A DNA stretch of 64,000 nucleotides, taken from the NCBI RefSeq assembly GCF_009914755.1, contig NC_060932.1; one strand, given 5' to 3'. The notes under the pieces are model-generated. The model saw nothing but the letters and a program-made list of their open reading frames with translations, searched no databases and was not told the DNA's origin. Made by a program: the position numbers and the translations under genes. The stretch is from the human T2T-CHM13v2.0 reference genome, Homo sapiens. Below are positions 13,530-33,384 of this stretch, one piece after another (the stretch's first letter is position 1; the number at the start of each line of letters is the position of its first letter).

Positions 13530-14336
13530 CATTATGTAAAAAAAAAAAAATGTTTTTTTATCTTACAGTAAACACTCAACATGACACAGAACACTTCCAG
13601 TCACTAATATGTCTGGGGAGATATCACCAGTGGACATTCAGTTCGTATAATTCAATTCACTTCTGAAGCTCTCTACCAGATGTTAGCGTTAGATCCCACG
13701 GGTTAAGAACTCAGTCCCACAAGACTGCCTCCCACTTCAGATGTCAGTCTCAAGTAATGAGTTGTTACCTATACTTCTGACAACTGGCTATAAATTGGGG
13801 TTCCCACAATTCCCTCTTCAGGTTTAACTTGCTAGGACTCAGGGAAATACTTACATTAACTAGTTTATGACAATAATAAGCCACATAATAAAGGATGCAG
13901 ATGAACAGCAGATAAAGAGATACATAGATTGAAATCTGGGAGGGTCCTGAACACAGAAGATTCTGTTTCCATAGAGTTGAGGTGCCCTACCCTCTTGACA
14001 CCTCGATATGTTCATCAGTCTGAAAGCACTCCAAAATCCATAGTTTAGAGATTTTTATGGAGGCTTCATCACATATGCATGATCAATTATTAACTCGATC
14101 TCCAGCCCTTCTTCTCTTCTTTGAGGATGGGCAATAAGGTTGAAAGTTCCAAGTTTCTATACATGGCTTGTTCTTTCCGATGATCAGCCACCATCTTGAA
14201 GCTATCTGGAAGCCCACCAAGAGTAGCCTCATTAGAGCAAAACACACTGCAGTCACCCAGCACATTTTAAGGTATTAGGAAATCTGTGTGAGGAACCAGG
14301 AATAGAGTCCAAATATATATTTTTCATTATATCACA
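13530..14336 (-). mobile_element. MER21-type solo LTR
   Basis: agatcccacgggttaagaactcagtcccacaagactgcctcccacttcagatg and terminal atatcaca (TGTGATAT on the minus strand). Confidence 0.8.
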
Positions 14337-14724
14337 ATATCTCACCCATATTCTCTCAACAGTGGCAAGTTGACTTCACCTTCTATGCCAACTGTAATTA
14401 ATTGATATTGGCTTTATATAGAAGGATTATAAGAACTATTCCAAGTTTAGAGGACTCTGTTATCAATGTCTACAATGAATAAAGGTATTAGTTGGGATGG
14501 CCATATTATATGGATTTACTGATGTCTTGCAATCATTTTTGTCTGCAATTGTTTCTCTCTTGTAAATTGATACCTACCCAAATTCCACCAAATCTTCAAG
14601 GTCTAGGTTACATGCTATCTTTTCTATAGCAGCTTTCATAACCATTAATCTTAAATGATCACATTCTTTTATAATGTTCTATGATATATGTTTGCCTTAT
14701 TTTGTTGTTGATGTTATCAGTTAT

Positions 14725-17088
14725 TACAACTGATACCACAGAATTACCAAAGATTATTTAAAGCTACTATGAACACCTTTAAATGCACAAACTAGATAAT
14801 CTAGATGAAATGGATAAATTCCTGGAAATATACAACCCTCCTGGATTAAATCAGGAAGAAATAGAAACTCTGAATAGACCAATAACAAATAGCAAGATTG
14901 AAGCAATAATAAAAATATTGCCAACAACAACAAAAAAATCTAAGACCAGATAGATGCACAGCTGAGTTCTATAAGACATTTAAAGAATTGGTACCAATCC
15001 TACTAAAACTATTCCAAAAGATAGAGAAAGAGATAATCCTTCCTAAATCATTCTATGAAGCCAGTATCACCCTAATACCAAAACCAGGAAAGGATATAAT
15101 AAAAAAAAATTACAGACCAGTATCCCTGATGAACATAGACGCAAAAATCCTCAACAAAATACTAGCTAACTGAATCTAAAAGCATATCAAAAAAGAATAT
15201 ATCATGATCAAGTGGGTTTCATACCAGGGATGCAGGGATGGTTTAACACATGCAAGTCAATAAATGTGATACACCACATAAACAGAATTAAAAACAAAAA
15301 TCATATTATAATCTCTATAGATGCAGAAAAAGCATTTGACAAAATCCAGCATCACTTTATGATAAAAAAAAAACTCTCAGCAAAATTGGCATAGAAGGGA
15401 TATACCTCAAGATAATAAAAGCCATCTATGACAAACCCACAGCCAACATTGTACTGAATGGAAAAACGTTGAAAGCATTCTCCCCTGAGAACAAGACAAG
15501 GATGATTACTTTCACCACTTCTATTTAGAATAGTACTGGAAGTCTTAGCCAGAGAAATCAGACAAGAAAAGAAATAAAGGGCATCCAGATTGGAAAAGAG
15601 GAAGTCAAAATATTGCTGTTCCCCAACGATATGATCATATGCCTAGAAAACCCTAAAGACTCATTCAAAAAGCTCTTAGATCTGATAAATGAATTCAGTA
15701 AAGTTTCAGGACACAAAATCAATGTGTACAAATCAGTAGCACTGCTATACACCAATAGCAACCAAGCTGAGAAACAAATCAACAACTCAATCCCTTTTAC
15801 AAACAAAAAAAACTTATACTTAACCAAGGAGGTGAAAGAGCTCTAAAAGGAAAACTATAAACACTGCTGAAGGAAATCATAGATGACACAAAAAAATGGA
15901 AACACATCCAATGCTCATGGATTGGTAGAATCAATATTGTGAAAATGATCATACTGCCAAAAGCAATCTACAGCTTCAAAGCAATCCCCATCAAGATACC
16001 ATCATCATTCTTCATGTACTAGAAAAAACAATTTGAAAATTCATATGGAGCAGAAAAAGAGCCTGCATAGTCAAAGAAGTACTAAGTGAAGAGAAAAATT
16101 CTGAAGCCGTTACATTACCCAACTTCAAACCATACTACAAGGCTATAGTTACCAAAACAACATGGTACTGGTATAAAAATAGGCACATAGGCCAATGTAA
16201 CAGAATGGAGAATCCAGAAATAAAGCTAAATATTACAACCAACTGATCTTTGACAAAGCATACAAAAACATAAAATGGGGAAAGAACACCCTTTTTAACA
16301 AATAATTGGCAAGCCACATATAGAAGAATAAAACTGTGTCTTCATCTCACCTTATACTAAAATCAACTCAAGATGAATCAAGGACTTTAAGACCTGAACC
16401 CATAAAAATTCTAGAAGATAGCATCAGAAAAACTCTTCTAGAGATTGGCTTAGGCAAAAAATTCATTACCAAAAACCTAAAAGCAAATGCAATAAAAGCA
16501 AAAATAAATAAATAGGACCTGATTAAGCTAAAAACTTCTTCACAGCAAAAGAAATAATCAGCAGAGCAAACAGACAAGCCACAGAGTGGGAGAAAATATT
16601 GCAAACTATGCATCTGACAAGAGTCTACAATGAACACAAAGAAATCAGCAAAAAAAAAAAAAATCCTATCAAAAAGTAGGCAAAGGAGATATGAATAGAT
16701 AATCCTCAAAAGAAGATATATAAGTGGCCAACAAACATATGAAAAGATGTTCAAATCACTATCAGGGAAATGCAAATTTAAACCACAATGAGATACTACA
16801 TTATTCCGGGAGAATGGCCATAATTTAAAAATAAAGATAAAAATAGATGTTGTCATGGATATGGTAAAAGAGAACACTTTTACACTGCTGGTGGAAATGT
16901 AAACTAGTACAGCCACTATGCAAAACAGTATGGAGATTTCCTAAAGAACTAAAAGTGGAAATACCATTCAATCTAGCAATCCCGCTACTGGGTATCTACC
17001 CAAAGTAAAAAATCATTATATGAGAAGGACACTTGCACATGCATGTTTATAGCAGCACAATTTGCAATTGCAAAAATATGGAACCAAA
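14725..17088 (+). mobile_element. Old L1PB (PB3/4-like), 5'-truncated, ORF2 RT/C-terminal part; resumes at 28931
   Basis: Broken ORF2 peptides ([39 protein letters not shown]); interrupted at TSD atatggaaccaaa (17076-17088). Confidence 0.9.
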
Positions 17089-18714
17089 GATTGCAGCTCT
17101 GACTCAGATGGACAGAGCAGTATGTGGAGGCTTGCATCATGAATTTTTGCTCCAGAATGACTGCAGGAATAAGTCAGGAAACCTGAGAGGACCCACAGAC
17201 CCCCTGAAGGAAGTGGATTGCTCCTGCAGAATGTGAGAGATACGGCAAATACTGTGAGTGCCCAAACTGTGAAAGTGGGAAAGGAAGATCATCCACCCCC
17301 AAACACACACCGTCACTGGTGAAACTGAAGGCCTAGATTATGGGAGAAGATTTTGACCTTACCTGGAGCTGAGTCAATTTAGAGAGCCAAGTGAAATACA
17401 GGGGTAAAGGATGCAGAGGGAAAAGCCCTGGGAACTCGCTGGGTCTCCTAGCAAGCCCTTTTTGCCTGGCCTCCCAGGGGTCCTTCTGGAGGGTTGCCAG
17501 AGGCACTGGGAAAAGCCTACAGGGAGAAGGAAATTTCCAGCTGAACTGTGTAACAATTTGAACTGATCAAGAGGCCTCCTGGCCAGAACTCAGGGCAGGG
17601 CGTGAATCTGGTTTGTAGACTCCATGGGCAGGAGAAGAAAGCAAGCCATATTTGCTTTCACAGCTGGGAGGCGGGTAGCCTGGTTCAAGTTCTCAGCCCT
17701 GCTTGCCCACTGCCTGGAAACAGACTTAGTGTTGTTGGGGGTGGGGGTGGTGGGAGTAAGACTGGCTCTTTGGATTGCATGGGAGCTGGGTGAGGCTTGT
17801 GACTGCTGGCTTTCCCCACTTCCCTGACAACCTGCATGACACAGTAAAGAGTCATAATCCTCCAAGATTCATAACTCCATTGACCTGGGACTCTCATCCC
17901 CATCCCCCACAGCAGCCACAGCAAGACTTGCCTAAGAAGAGTCAGCTCAGACACACCTAGCCTTTCCTGCACCCAATGGTCCTCCCCTACCCACCCTGGT
18001 AACTGAAGACAAATTTCATATACTCTTGGGAGTTCTAGGGCCCTGCCCACCACCTGTTCCTCCCCGTATTACCACAGCTGATGCTCTCTGGAAAGCACCA
18101 TCTCCTGACAGGAGGCCAACCAGAACAAAAATAGTGCATTAAACCAGCAAAACTAAGAACCCTCAGAGTCCATTTCACCCCCTTGCCACCTCCACTGGAG
18201 CAGGTGCTGGTATCCATGACTGACAGACCCATAGATGGTTCACATCACAGGACTCTGTTCAGACAATGCCTAGTACCAGCCTGGAGCCTGGTAGACTTGC
18301 TAGGTGGCTAGATCCAGAAGAGAGATAATAATAACCACAGCTCAGCTCTCAGGAAGCCACATCCATAGGAAAAGACAGAGATTACTATATTAAGGGGACA
18401 CCCCATGGAACAAAATAATCAGAATAGCAGCCTTCAGCCTTAGACCTTCCCTCCAACAGAGCCTACCCAAATGAGAAAGAACCAGAAAACCAACTCTGAT
18501 AATATGACAAAGCAAGGTTCTTCAGTACCTCCAAAAGATCAGAGTAGCACACCAGAAAAGAACCCAAACCAAGAAGAAAACCCTGATTTACCTGAAAAAG
18601 AATTAAGAAGCTTTGTTATTAGCTTTAATCTGATTAGCTTTAATCAGGGAGGCACCAGAGAAAGGCAAAACCTAATGTAAGGAAATGCAAAAAAAAATAC
18701 AAAAAGCAAAGGGA

Positions 18715-18993
18715 GGCCGGGCGCAGTGGCTTATGCCTGTAATCCCATCACTATGGGAGGCCGAAGCAGGCAGATCACCTGAGGTTGGGAGTTCGAGACC
18801 AGGCTGGCCAACATGGTGAAACTTTGTCTGTACTAAAAATACAAAAATTAGCCAGTTGTGGTAGCACACATCTAATCCCAGCTACTCAGGAAGCTGAGGC
18901 ACGAGAATCACTTGAACCCAGGAATCAGAGGTTGCAGTGAGCCGAGATCACACCACTGCACTCCAGCCTGGGTAACAGAGTGAGACTCTGTCT

Positions 18994-19037
<44 letters not shown>
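18715..19037 (+). mobile_element. AluS inserted in L1PBa ORF1
   Basis: Full dimer with long pure A-tail; degenerate TSD ending aagggag. Confidence 0.96.
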
Positions 19038-19039
<2 letters not shown>

Positions 19040-19796
19040 GAAGGGAGAAATATTCAAGGAAATAGATAGCATAAATAAAAAAAAAATCAAAACTTCAGGA
19101 AACAATGGACACACTTATAGAAATGCAAAATGCTCTGGAAAGTCTCAGCAATAAAACTGAAAAAGTGGAAGAAAAAAATTCGGAGCTTGAAGACAAGGTC
19201 TTCAAATTAACCCAATCCAACAAAGATAAAGAAAAAAGAATAAGAAAATATGAACAAAGCCTCCAAGAAATCTGAAATTATGTTAAACAACCAAACCTAA
19301 GAATAATCGGTGTTCCTGAGGAAGAAGAGAAAGCTAAAAGTTTGGAAAACACTTGGGAAAATAATTGAGGAAAACTTCCCTGGCCTTGCTAGAGAACTAG
19401 ACATCCAAATACAAGAAGCGGAAAGAACACCTGGGAAATTCATCATCAAAAGATCATTGCCTAGGCACACGGTCATCAGGTTATCTAAAGTTCAGACAAA
19501 GGAAAGAATCTTAACAGCTGTTAGACAAAAGCACCAAGTAATCTATAAAGGAAAACATATCAGATTAACAGCAGATTTTTCAACAGAAACTCTAAACCTA
19601 GAAGGGATTGAAGCCCTATCTTCAACCTCCCAAACAAAATAATTATCAGGCAAGAATTTTGTATTAGTGAAACTAAGGTTTATACATAAAAGAAAGAAGC
19701 AGTCTCTTTCAGGCAAAACAATGTTTAGAGAATTCAAAACTACCAAGCCACCACTACAAGAACTGCTAAAAGGAGCTCTAAATCTTGAAACAAAGC

Positions 19797-25470
<5,674 letters not shown>

Positions 25471-26472
25471 AAACAAATCTTGAAACACATCAAAACAGAA
25501 CCTCTTTAAAGCATAAATCTCACAAGACCTATAAAACAAAAATACAATTTAGAAAACAAAAACAAAAAACGAAAACCAAGGTATACAGGCAACAAATAGC
25601 ACAAATAAATGGAATGGTACCTCACATCACAGTACTAACATTGAAAGTAAATGGCCTAAATGCTCCACTTAAAAGATACAGAATTGAAGAATAGATAATA
25701 ATTCACCAATTTGAAGGCACTAATTCACCTGCTGCCTTTAAAAGAATCACTTAACCCATAAGGACTCTCACCAACTTAAGGTAAAGGGGTGGAAAAAACC
25801 TTTCAGGCAAATGGAGAGCAAAAGTGAGCAAGAGTAGCTATTATATCAGAAAAACAAACTTTAAAGCAACCGAAGTTAAAAAAGAAAAAGAAGGATGTCA
25901 TAAAATGGTAAAAGGCCTTGTCCAACAGGAAAATACCACAATCCTAAACACATATGCACCTAACACTGGAGCCCCAAAATTTATAAAACAATTACTAATA
26001 GACATAAGAAATGAGATAGACAGCAACACAACAATAGTGGGGGACTTCTTACTCCACTGACAGCACTAGTCAGGTCATCAAGGCAGAAAGTCAACAAAGA
26101 AACAATGGATTTAAACTATACCCTGGAACAAATGGACTTAACAGTTATATACAGAACATTCCATCCAACAACCACAGAATATACATTCTATTTAACAGCA
26201 CATGGAACTTTCTCCAAGATAGATTGTATGATAGGTCACAAAATGAGCCTCAATTAATTTAAGAAAATTGAAATTATACCAAGCACTCTCTCAGACCACA
26301 GTGGAATAAACTGAAAATCCACTCCAGAAGGAACCTTCAAAACCATGCATATACATGGAAATTAAATAAACTGCTCCTGAATGATCATTGGGTCAAAAAT
26401 GAAATCAAGATGAAAATTTAAAAATTCTTTGAACTGAACAAAATTAGTGACACAACTTAACGGAACCTCTGG

Positions 26473-26934
26473 TGTGAGAAAACATTTTAAATGATCCATT
26501 TTCAAGGCATGATCAATCTAAGTACTGGCAGCCAGCCTGCAGATGTAACAAACTGCATGGCTCATGCACCTAGAAGCTCACAATAAGCAAACAGAATGTA
26601 GAGGAGGGGTCAGTCCATAAAAGGGAAGAAAGTTTTGTTATTGGGGAATCGAACTTAAGTGGGGACGGGGACTGGAGTATAAATTTATAAGGGGAATAAT
26701 GAAACTTAGGTAAACGTTTGGGAAAATTGTAACCCCATAATACTCAGCCAATGAGGAACTCGGAGAGGGACTTGTGTAGGTAGGAGGTGAATTACCTGCT
26801 GTAACTTCCCTGGGTGTGCCTGCCTACCAGACACTCGATCTTGGAAGACTGCCATTAAAAGTCTCACTTCCACTGTTCTTCACGTCTCTGAGTCTATTCT
26901 TCGGGTTTGGATGGGTAAATGTGTGTTTCTCACA
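26473..26934 (+). mobile_element. ERV1 5' LTR (LTR71/HERVP71A-like)
   Basis: 462 bp bounded by the perfect inverted termini tgtgagaaa...tttctcaca; CCAAT at 26748, ATTAAA at 26854; followed by a PBS and gag. Family name inferred from PBS and gag type. Confidence 0.8.
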
Positions 26935-26938
26935 AACC

Positions 26939-26956
26939 TGGGGGCCTTTCTGGGAC
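26939..26956 (+). other. Degenerate primer-binding site, tRNA-Pro type
   Basis: tgggggcctttctgggac 4 nt after the LTR end, compared with the canonical PBS-Pro tgggggctcgtccgggat. Confidence 0.7.
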
Positions 26957-27377
26957 CTCTGTGCCTGCATAGAGTGGGACTCCTGCCGAGAGGGGAGTAG
27001 GTGGCCCACTCTGTCTGGGTGTCCCAGCTCCTGACAGAGGCCATAGACAAACCGGAGACTGTTATTCAGGAGGCAACGGAGGCAATACAGGGAGAAAAGC
27101 AGGCACCACAGCAACCAGGCAACCTTGTGCACGAGCCAAGGTGGGAAAAGTAAACTATAAGTACTTCCTTGGTGGTTGGACATTTTCAGATGTCGAGTGT
27201 GTGTGACTGAGACGTATCCTAGATACGAAGCAAGTGCGGAGTCCCAGTCCGCGGTTTCATTCTCCCTTGAGGGAAATGGCCAGAAACAGACAAAGGGGTT
27301 CTTAGGGTGTGCTGGAAAACTCCAGTAGCGAGGGTGGAGTGTATGGGAAGAAGCTCAGACACAGAGACTGACCAAAA

Positions 27378-27970
27378 ATGGGAAACAGAAATTCTAGGCC
27401 TAGGGGACAAAGGAAAGAGGGAAGCAAAGACACTCCCTCTGACATTCCCCCGATAGTCCTTCGGGGAGAATGCTGCAGGTTTGGAGAGACAACCCTTGAA
27501 CCAGGGGACAAGACAAAGGAAAAGATAATAAACTATTGCTGTTTTATCTGGCCCAAAGACCCCATTCGTAAGCTTTCAGTCTTCTGGCCTAAGTTTGGCT
27601 CAGATGAGGATTGGGTGTGCCAAACTTTGATTCTCTATGTGAATGATAAAACCCCATCCTCACAAGAAGAGATAGGTTATGCTTTCTGCTGGATCAAGGA
27701 ATTCGCCACCCCACCCCCATGTTCCCTCTCAAAGAGGAAGAAGAAAGAGAGCCTAGTAAAAAGCCCTTCCCCAGTGAAAAGCCGTGGGGTCCCTCCATAC
27801 ATGTCACCAAATAGGGGACAGGAAGACCAAGAATCAAGAGGCAGCAGGAGGGCTAGAGGAAGAAAGACCTGGAGACCATGGGGAGCCAAACCAACTGCGC
27901 CTTTAAATCCTTATCCAAATTTAAGAAAATAATTCGAACGGTGTAAGAGGGATACTAAGAGCTTCCCTAT
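27378..27970 (+). pseudogene. Truncated retroviral gag (matrix region), HERVIP10/HERV-I-related
   Basis: ORF begins MGNRNS (myristoylation-type) and contains YCCFIW...FWPKFGSDEDWVCQ..YVNDK..SQEEI.YA.CW, typical of this gag group; ends abruptly at L1 sequence. Confidence 0.85.
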
Positions 27971-28289
27971 GAATAGCCATAATAAAAAAATAAAAAATAA
28001 TAGATGTTGGCGGGCATGTAATAAAAACGGAACACTTCTACACTGCTGGTGGGAATGTAAACTTGTACAACCAGTATGGAAAACAGTGTGGAGATTCCTT
28101 AAAGAACTAAAAGTAGAACTACCTTTTGATCCAGCAATCCCACTACCGGATATCTACTTAGAGAAAAGAAATCATTATATGACAAAGATCCTGCACACAA
28201 ATGTTTATAGCAGCACAATTTGCAATTGCAAAAACATGGAACCAGCCCAAATGCCCATCAATCAACGAGTGGATAAAAAATTGTGGTGT

Positions 28290-28435
28290 GTATATATATA
28301 TATTATATATTATATATATTATATATTATATATATAATATATAATATATAAAAATTATATATAAATATTATATATAATATTATATATTATATACATATAA
28401 ATAAATATATAATATATTATATATATATATATATT
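28290..28435. repeat. TA-rich low-complexity tract inside the L1PB 3' region
   Basis: Direct read. Confidence 0.95.
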
Positions 28436-28774
28436 AGAATACTACTCAGCAATAAAAAGGAATAAATTGTCAGTCACAGCTACCTGGATGAGACTGGAAA
28501 CTACTATTCTAAGTAAAGTAACCCAAGAATGGAAAACCAAACATGTGTTCTCACTCATAAGTGGAAGCTAAGCTGTGAGGATGCAAAGGCATAAGAAAGA
28601 CACAATGGACTTTGGGGACTCAGGGGGAAAGGGTGAGAAGGGGGTGAGGGACAAAAGACTACAAATAGGGTGCAGTGTATATTGCTTGTGTGATGGTGCA
28701 CCAAAATCTCACAAATCACCACTAAAGAACTTACTCATGTAACCAAAAACTACCTGTTCCCCAATAACCTATGG

Positions 28775-28930
28775 AATTTATATATATATATACACACACA
28801 CACATATATATATATGGAACCATATAACTATGGAATTTATATACATATATGGAACCATATATATATATATATACACATACACACACATATATATACAGGA
28901 ACCATATATATATAGGAGCCATATATAAAT
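28775..28930. repeat. (TA)n/(CA)n tract with repeated ggaaccatat units (L1 tail derivative)
   Basis: Direct read; see findings. Confidence 0.9.
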
Positions 28931-29360
28931 ATATGGAACCAAATCTAAATGCCTAGCAACCAACAAGTGGATTAAAAGAATGTGATATATATAAACCATG
29001 GAATACTACTCAGCCATAAAGAAGAACAAAATAATGGCATTTGCAGCAACCTGGATGGAGCTGGAGGCCACTATTCTAAGTGAGTAACTCAGGAATGGAA
29101 AACCAAATATTGTATGTTCTCACTTATAGGTGACAGCTAAGCTATCAGGATGCAAAAACATAAGAATGAAATAATGGACCCTGGGGACTTAGAGGAAAGG
29201 GTGGGAGGAGAATAAGGAATAAAAGACTACACATTGGGTACAGTATACACTGCTCAGGTGAGGGATGGCCCAAAATCTCAGAAATCACCACTAAGGAACT
29301 TATCTGTGTAACCAAAAGCCACCTGTTCCCCAAAAACGATTGAAATAAAAAATAAATTTT
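28931..29360 (+). mobile_element. 3' end of the outer L1PB element
   Basis: Continues the sequence broken at 17088 (atatggaacca...aaatgcc) and ends gaaatcaccactaaggaactt...cccaaaaacgattgaaataaaaaataaa. Confidence 0.88.
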
Positions 29361-29649
29361 AAAAATATATATGATACATGTGAATAAATTGCACAGTAAT
29401 TCCATTACTTTGAAACTCTGATATGTTTAACTTAATCCTTCACATGGTGAAAAAATTTCCTTATCTGAAATTTTTGCTGTTGATAGAACTGGTTTCTTTC
29501 TATATTCACAAAAATAGTTCTTAGTGGAATATTACCATGAATATACTACATGCAAAATTAATTTTCAAGTAATCAGAATGCAATACACATGCTTAATGTT
29601 TTATTCTTAATTCTTCTTAATATGTCTAATTTTGAGGCTTGGGATTGAT

Positions 29650-30230
29650 ATATGCTTGCATATATGCATCATCTTTGGCCTGACAATCTCATATTTACCC
29701 TTAAGCTTAGCTTAAGCTTCACCTCTTCTGGGACATCTTCTATAATTGCTTCATTCCTTGGCCCCAGAGGAAGGTCAGAACCTTTCCTCTTCATATCTTC
29801 ACAGCATCTTCTAATTCTTCTAGTTGCTTTTATTAGAGCTTTCATCACTTGCATTGTACTTGCTTGTTTACATGTGTATCTGCATGACAAGTTGGATCTC
29901 TTTTGGAAAATTATGCTTTCTTTTACTCATCTTTTTGTCTTCAGTATCTGGCACTAAATAAATAATGAATACAATACGTAAATGAACAGCACACTGATTC
30001 ACTAAGTACCAGCAGAACTTGCAGTGTGTAATGATTGAGGACAACCTAAGGTTGAACAGACCCAGATTGAAAATTGCTGCTGACACTTGATAACTTTGAT
30101 GTCTCTAAACCCCAAATACAACTTTGGGAAATGGAGATATTACATTTGTGAGACAGCTTTTACAAAAGGTTGTGAAAATTAGGAAATGAACAAAAATCTA
30201 AATGAGCACTATGTCAAGTACATATTATGC
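29650..30230 (+). mobile_element. L2 3' fragment followed by MIR
   Basis: cacctcttctggga... and gtatctggcac...aataatgaat (L2); cagacccagattgaaaattgctgctgacacttgataac...aaatggagat (MIR). Confidence 0.55.
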
Positions 30231-30759
30231 TATAGAGAGAGGATTTGCTGGGGTTTGTTGTTGTTGTTGTTTTGCTATTGTTATTCTATCCTTAGACATA
30301 ATTGAAGTTAAGATAAGAAATCACTCAATCAATACTTATATTTCTACTATGTCTCATAAGTGAGAGTCATGTTTGAAAACTATGCAGAAAGTCAAAGCCT
30401 AGAACAAGTTGGCAATCAAAGGAGGTAAGTCACAGAAGCAAATTGCAATCTGAGAAAGCAGGTTAGCTGAAAAGTGAGAAGGACGAAAGTAGGAAAATGA
30501 AAATTGGACCTAGAGTAATACCAGCGACTCAGGTGACACGCTGGATAATGATTGTTCGCTTGCTTACTTGGGTATTTTTAACCATAGATGTTGGTTCAGA
30601 TTTGTGAGAATATGTCTACATATTACACATTCATTGAAAAAGGTTGAAGCAGAACGGTATATATGGGTTTATTCTCTTAATCCAAATAAAACGTTTGAAT
30701 ATCTTCAATCCACCTTTCAAGTGCTCAGAACCCCTTATCAGTCCATTAGTAAAAAAATG

Positions 30760-31104
<345 letters not shown>

Positions 31105-32474
31105 CTAGAAGTCTAATAGACACCACTGGGGCCTTTCATGTGATCGAGTGGATAAGACCACTTTACCCATAAAACAGATATCAAAAGTCTACATTTGACA
31201 GTAGAATTTCAATTTTTACTATTATTTTCTAAACAGCTTGAGTTAGGTAACTTTCTTAAATGCACTGAACAGTTTCCTGCCTTCATAAATGGAAGATATT
31301 TAATATAAGTAAAATGTTTCCTAATAATCAGATTATCGACATCATTGGCTGTTTCCTGATATAATTATGGTTCTCAGCTTTCTTGATGGTGGAAACAAAA
31401 CTTACTCATTTTAATTTTTAAAGATATATAGACATTGAAAAAAAAAGCTGAACTAAAGAATAAATAATATCTTCCATTTATATTAAAGATTCCTAAGGTG
31501 CTAGGGAGCTTTCTGAGCTCTGGAATCTTTCTTTTTTTTTTTTTTTTTTAATCTTTCTAGAAGTCAGCTCTAGTTTTACAGTATGTATCACTTTATCTTT
31601 CATCCAAGCCCCTTTTCCAACTTTTGATTCTTATTTTTTGCATACTAGGAGACTAGACAGGTGAGTTTATTAAAATTCTGTCTAAATTACGAATGAATAG
31701 ATTCATATATTTCTAGTAAGTAGCATATATAAACATTAGGTTACTGATGCTATTTTGAGTTTCAGAGTTTTTTTTTTTCTTTTGGTTTCTTATTATTTTG
31801 TTTCCAAATATTTGAGATTGTCAGATAAATTTCATGACTGAAAGTGACATGTATACAATTAAAGGTATGAGTAAGTGCAACACTATTTGGTATAAGCTCT
31901 GCAATTCACTAATTCCAAAAATAGAACAACCTTTAAAGTCTGCATAGTGAGGGAAAGTATTCAGAGTCAAGAGTTATTACTCTCTATTACATTTCCTTTC
32001 TTTTTCTAGGTACTAGGGAAAGCCTGAATATATACTTAATGAAAAGAAATGCATACAGCATAAAATTTTAGGCAGGCTGAACTGCATGTACAAAGGCACA
32101 GATCCAAGGAAGGGAAAATTTGGTGAACTTAAGCAATGGCAAGGAATGTGGCCTGATTGAAATTGAGGTTACATGTAGGGCAACAGAAGTTAGGGGCAGA
32201 CATAAGATGATGGAGGTAGGATGGAATAAAATGGCCAAGGACATGGAATACCCTGCTTGATTATAGGTGCTATTCATCAGAGCAATTGCTTTTAACTATT
32301 GGTGTTCTTCAAAATCAACTGATGAGTTTGTTAGAAATAGTACCTGCTATTTTTGCTGTGAATCCTCCAATGTAAGAACCACTATTTTAGAGAATAAGAA
32401 GCCAGTTAAGGTTTAAGAGCAAAAGACTGATGTAATTAAAGTCTTGCTTGTTTGTTTGCCCTAGAAAAATAACT

Positions 32475-32757
32475 GGCAGGGCATGGTGGCTCACACCTGT
32501 AACCCCAGCACTTTGGGAGGCTGAGACAGGAGGATTGCTGGAGCCTAGGAGTTTGATACCAGCCTGGGCAACACAGTGAGACTCCATCTCTACAGAAAAG
32601 TTTAAAACTTAGCAGGGCGTGGTTTTGCATATCTGTAGTCCCAGCTATTTGGGAAGATGAGGTGAAAAGATCACTTGAGCCCAGGAAGCTGAGGCTGATA
32701 AGAGCCATGGTAGTAACACTGCACTCCAGGCTGGGTGATAGAGAAAGACCTTCACTC
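32475..32757 (+). mobile_element. AluJ
   Basis: Diverged dimer with eroded tail. Confidence 0.92.
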
Positions 32758-33384
32758 AACTCCCACCCCACCTACCCCACCCCCTAAAAAGAGAAAATAA
32801 CTGAAAGTATAATGGAAAAGAGAAAGATTGAGGAAAAATAATTTAGTAGTAGGTATGCAAAAGCCATCATATCTACAGAAGGACAAACTACTAACTTTGG
32901 CCTGATTAAGCAGGCTGCAGTATACATAAGATAGAAGAAGGAAAAGTAACTGAAAATTTTAAGAAATAAATGCCTAAGGAATGACCTGATAATGAAATCT
33001 TAATTACCAATTGTGTATGAGTTTTACCACTAAAGTACAATGTTTTTTATTATCTATTATATAAACTACATGAATTTTGTTATTAATTGATATTTGAGAT
33101 TAGTACAGGTGATGAAACAATAAAATAATATAGGATTTTTTATTATCAAAGTAATCCACTTAATTTTAAAATTATGAAGTATCAAAACCTAAACAAAATT
33201 TACTATGAACTTATTAAAAAGGCAGAAAAGTCACAGTTTTTTAAAAAAATTGCAGTTCTTTTGAGGGGGAAATGCAACCTCTCTTCCAATGTTCCACAAT
33301 TCATTGTTAGAACTGAGAGCAGACATCAGAGAAAACAAGTACTATATTTCTTCCCATGTGAAGAAGTAACCTATTACTATTTTA

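Noticed and set aside
28769-28943. Spaced ggaaccatat repeats superficially like a CRISPR array
   Set aside because: Eukaryotic context, low-complexity spacers, no cas genes; explained by L1 tail and TSD slippage.
31406-31452. Minus-strand 47-nt exon candidate (SAFFFNVYISLKIKM), considered as a membrane-proximal exon for the 11-12.8 kb chain
   Set aside because: Low complexity, no real transmembrane segment and no phase link to the other candidates.
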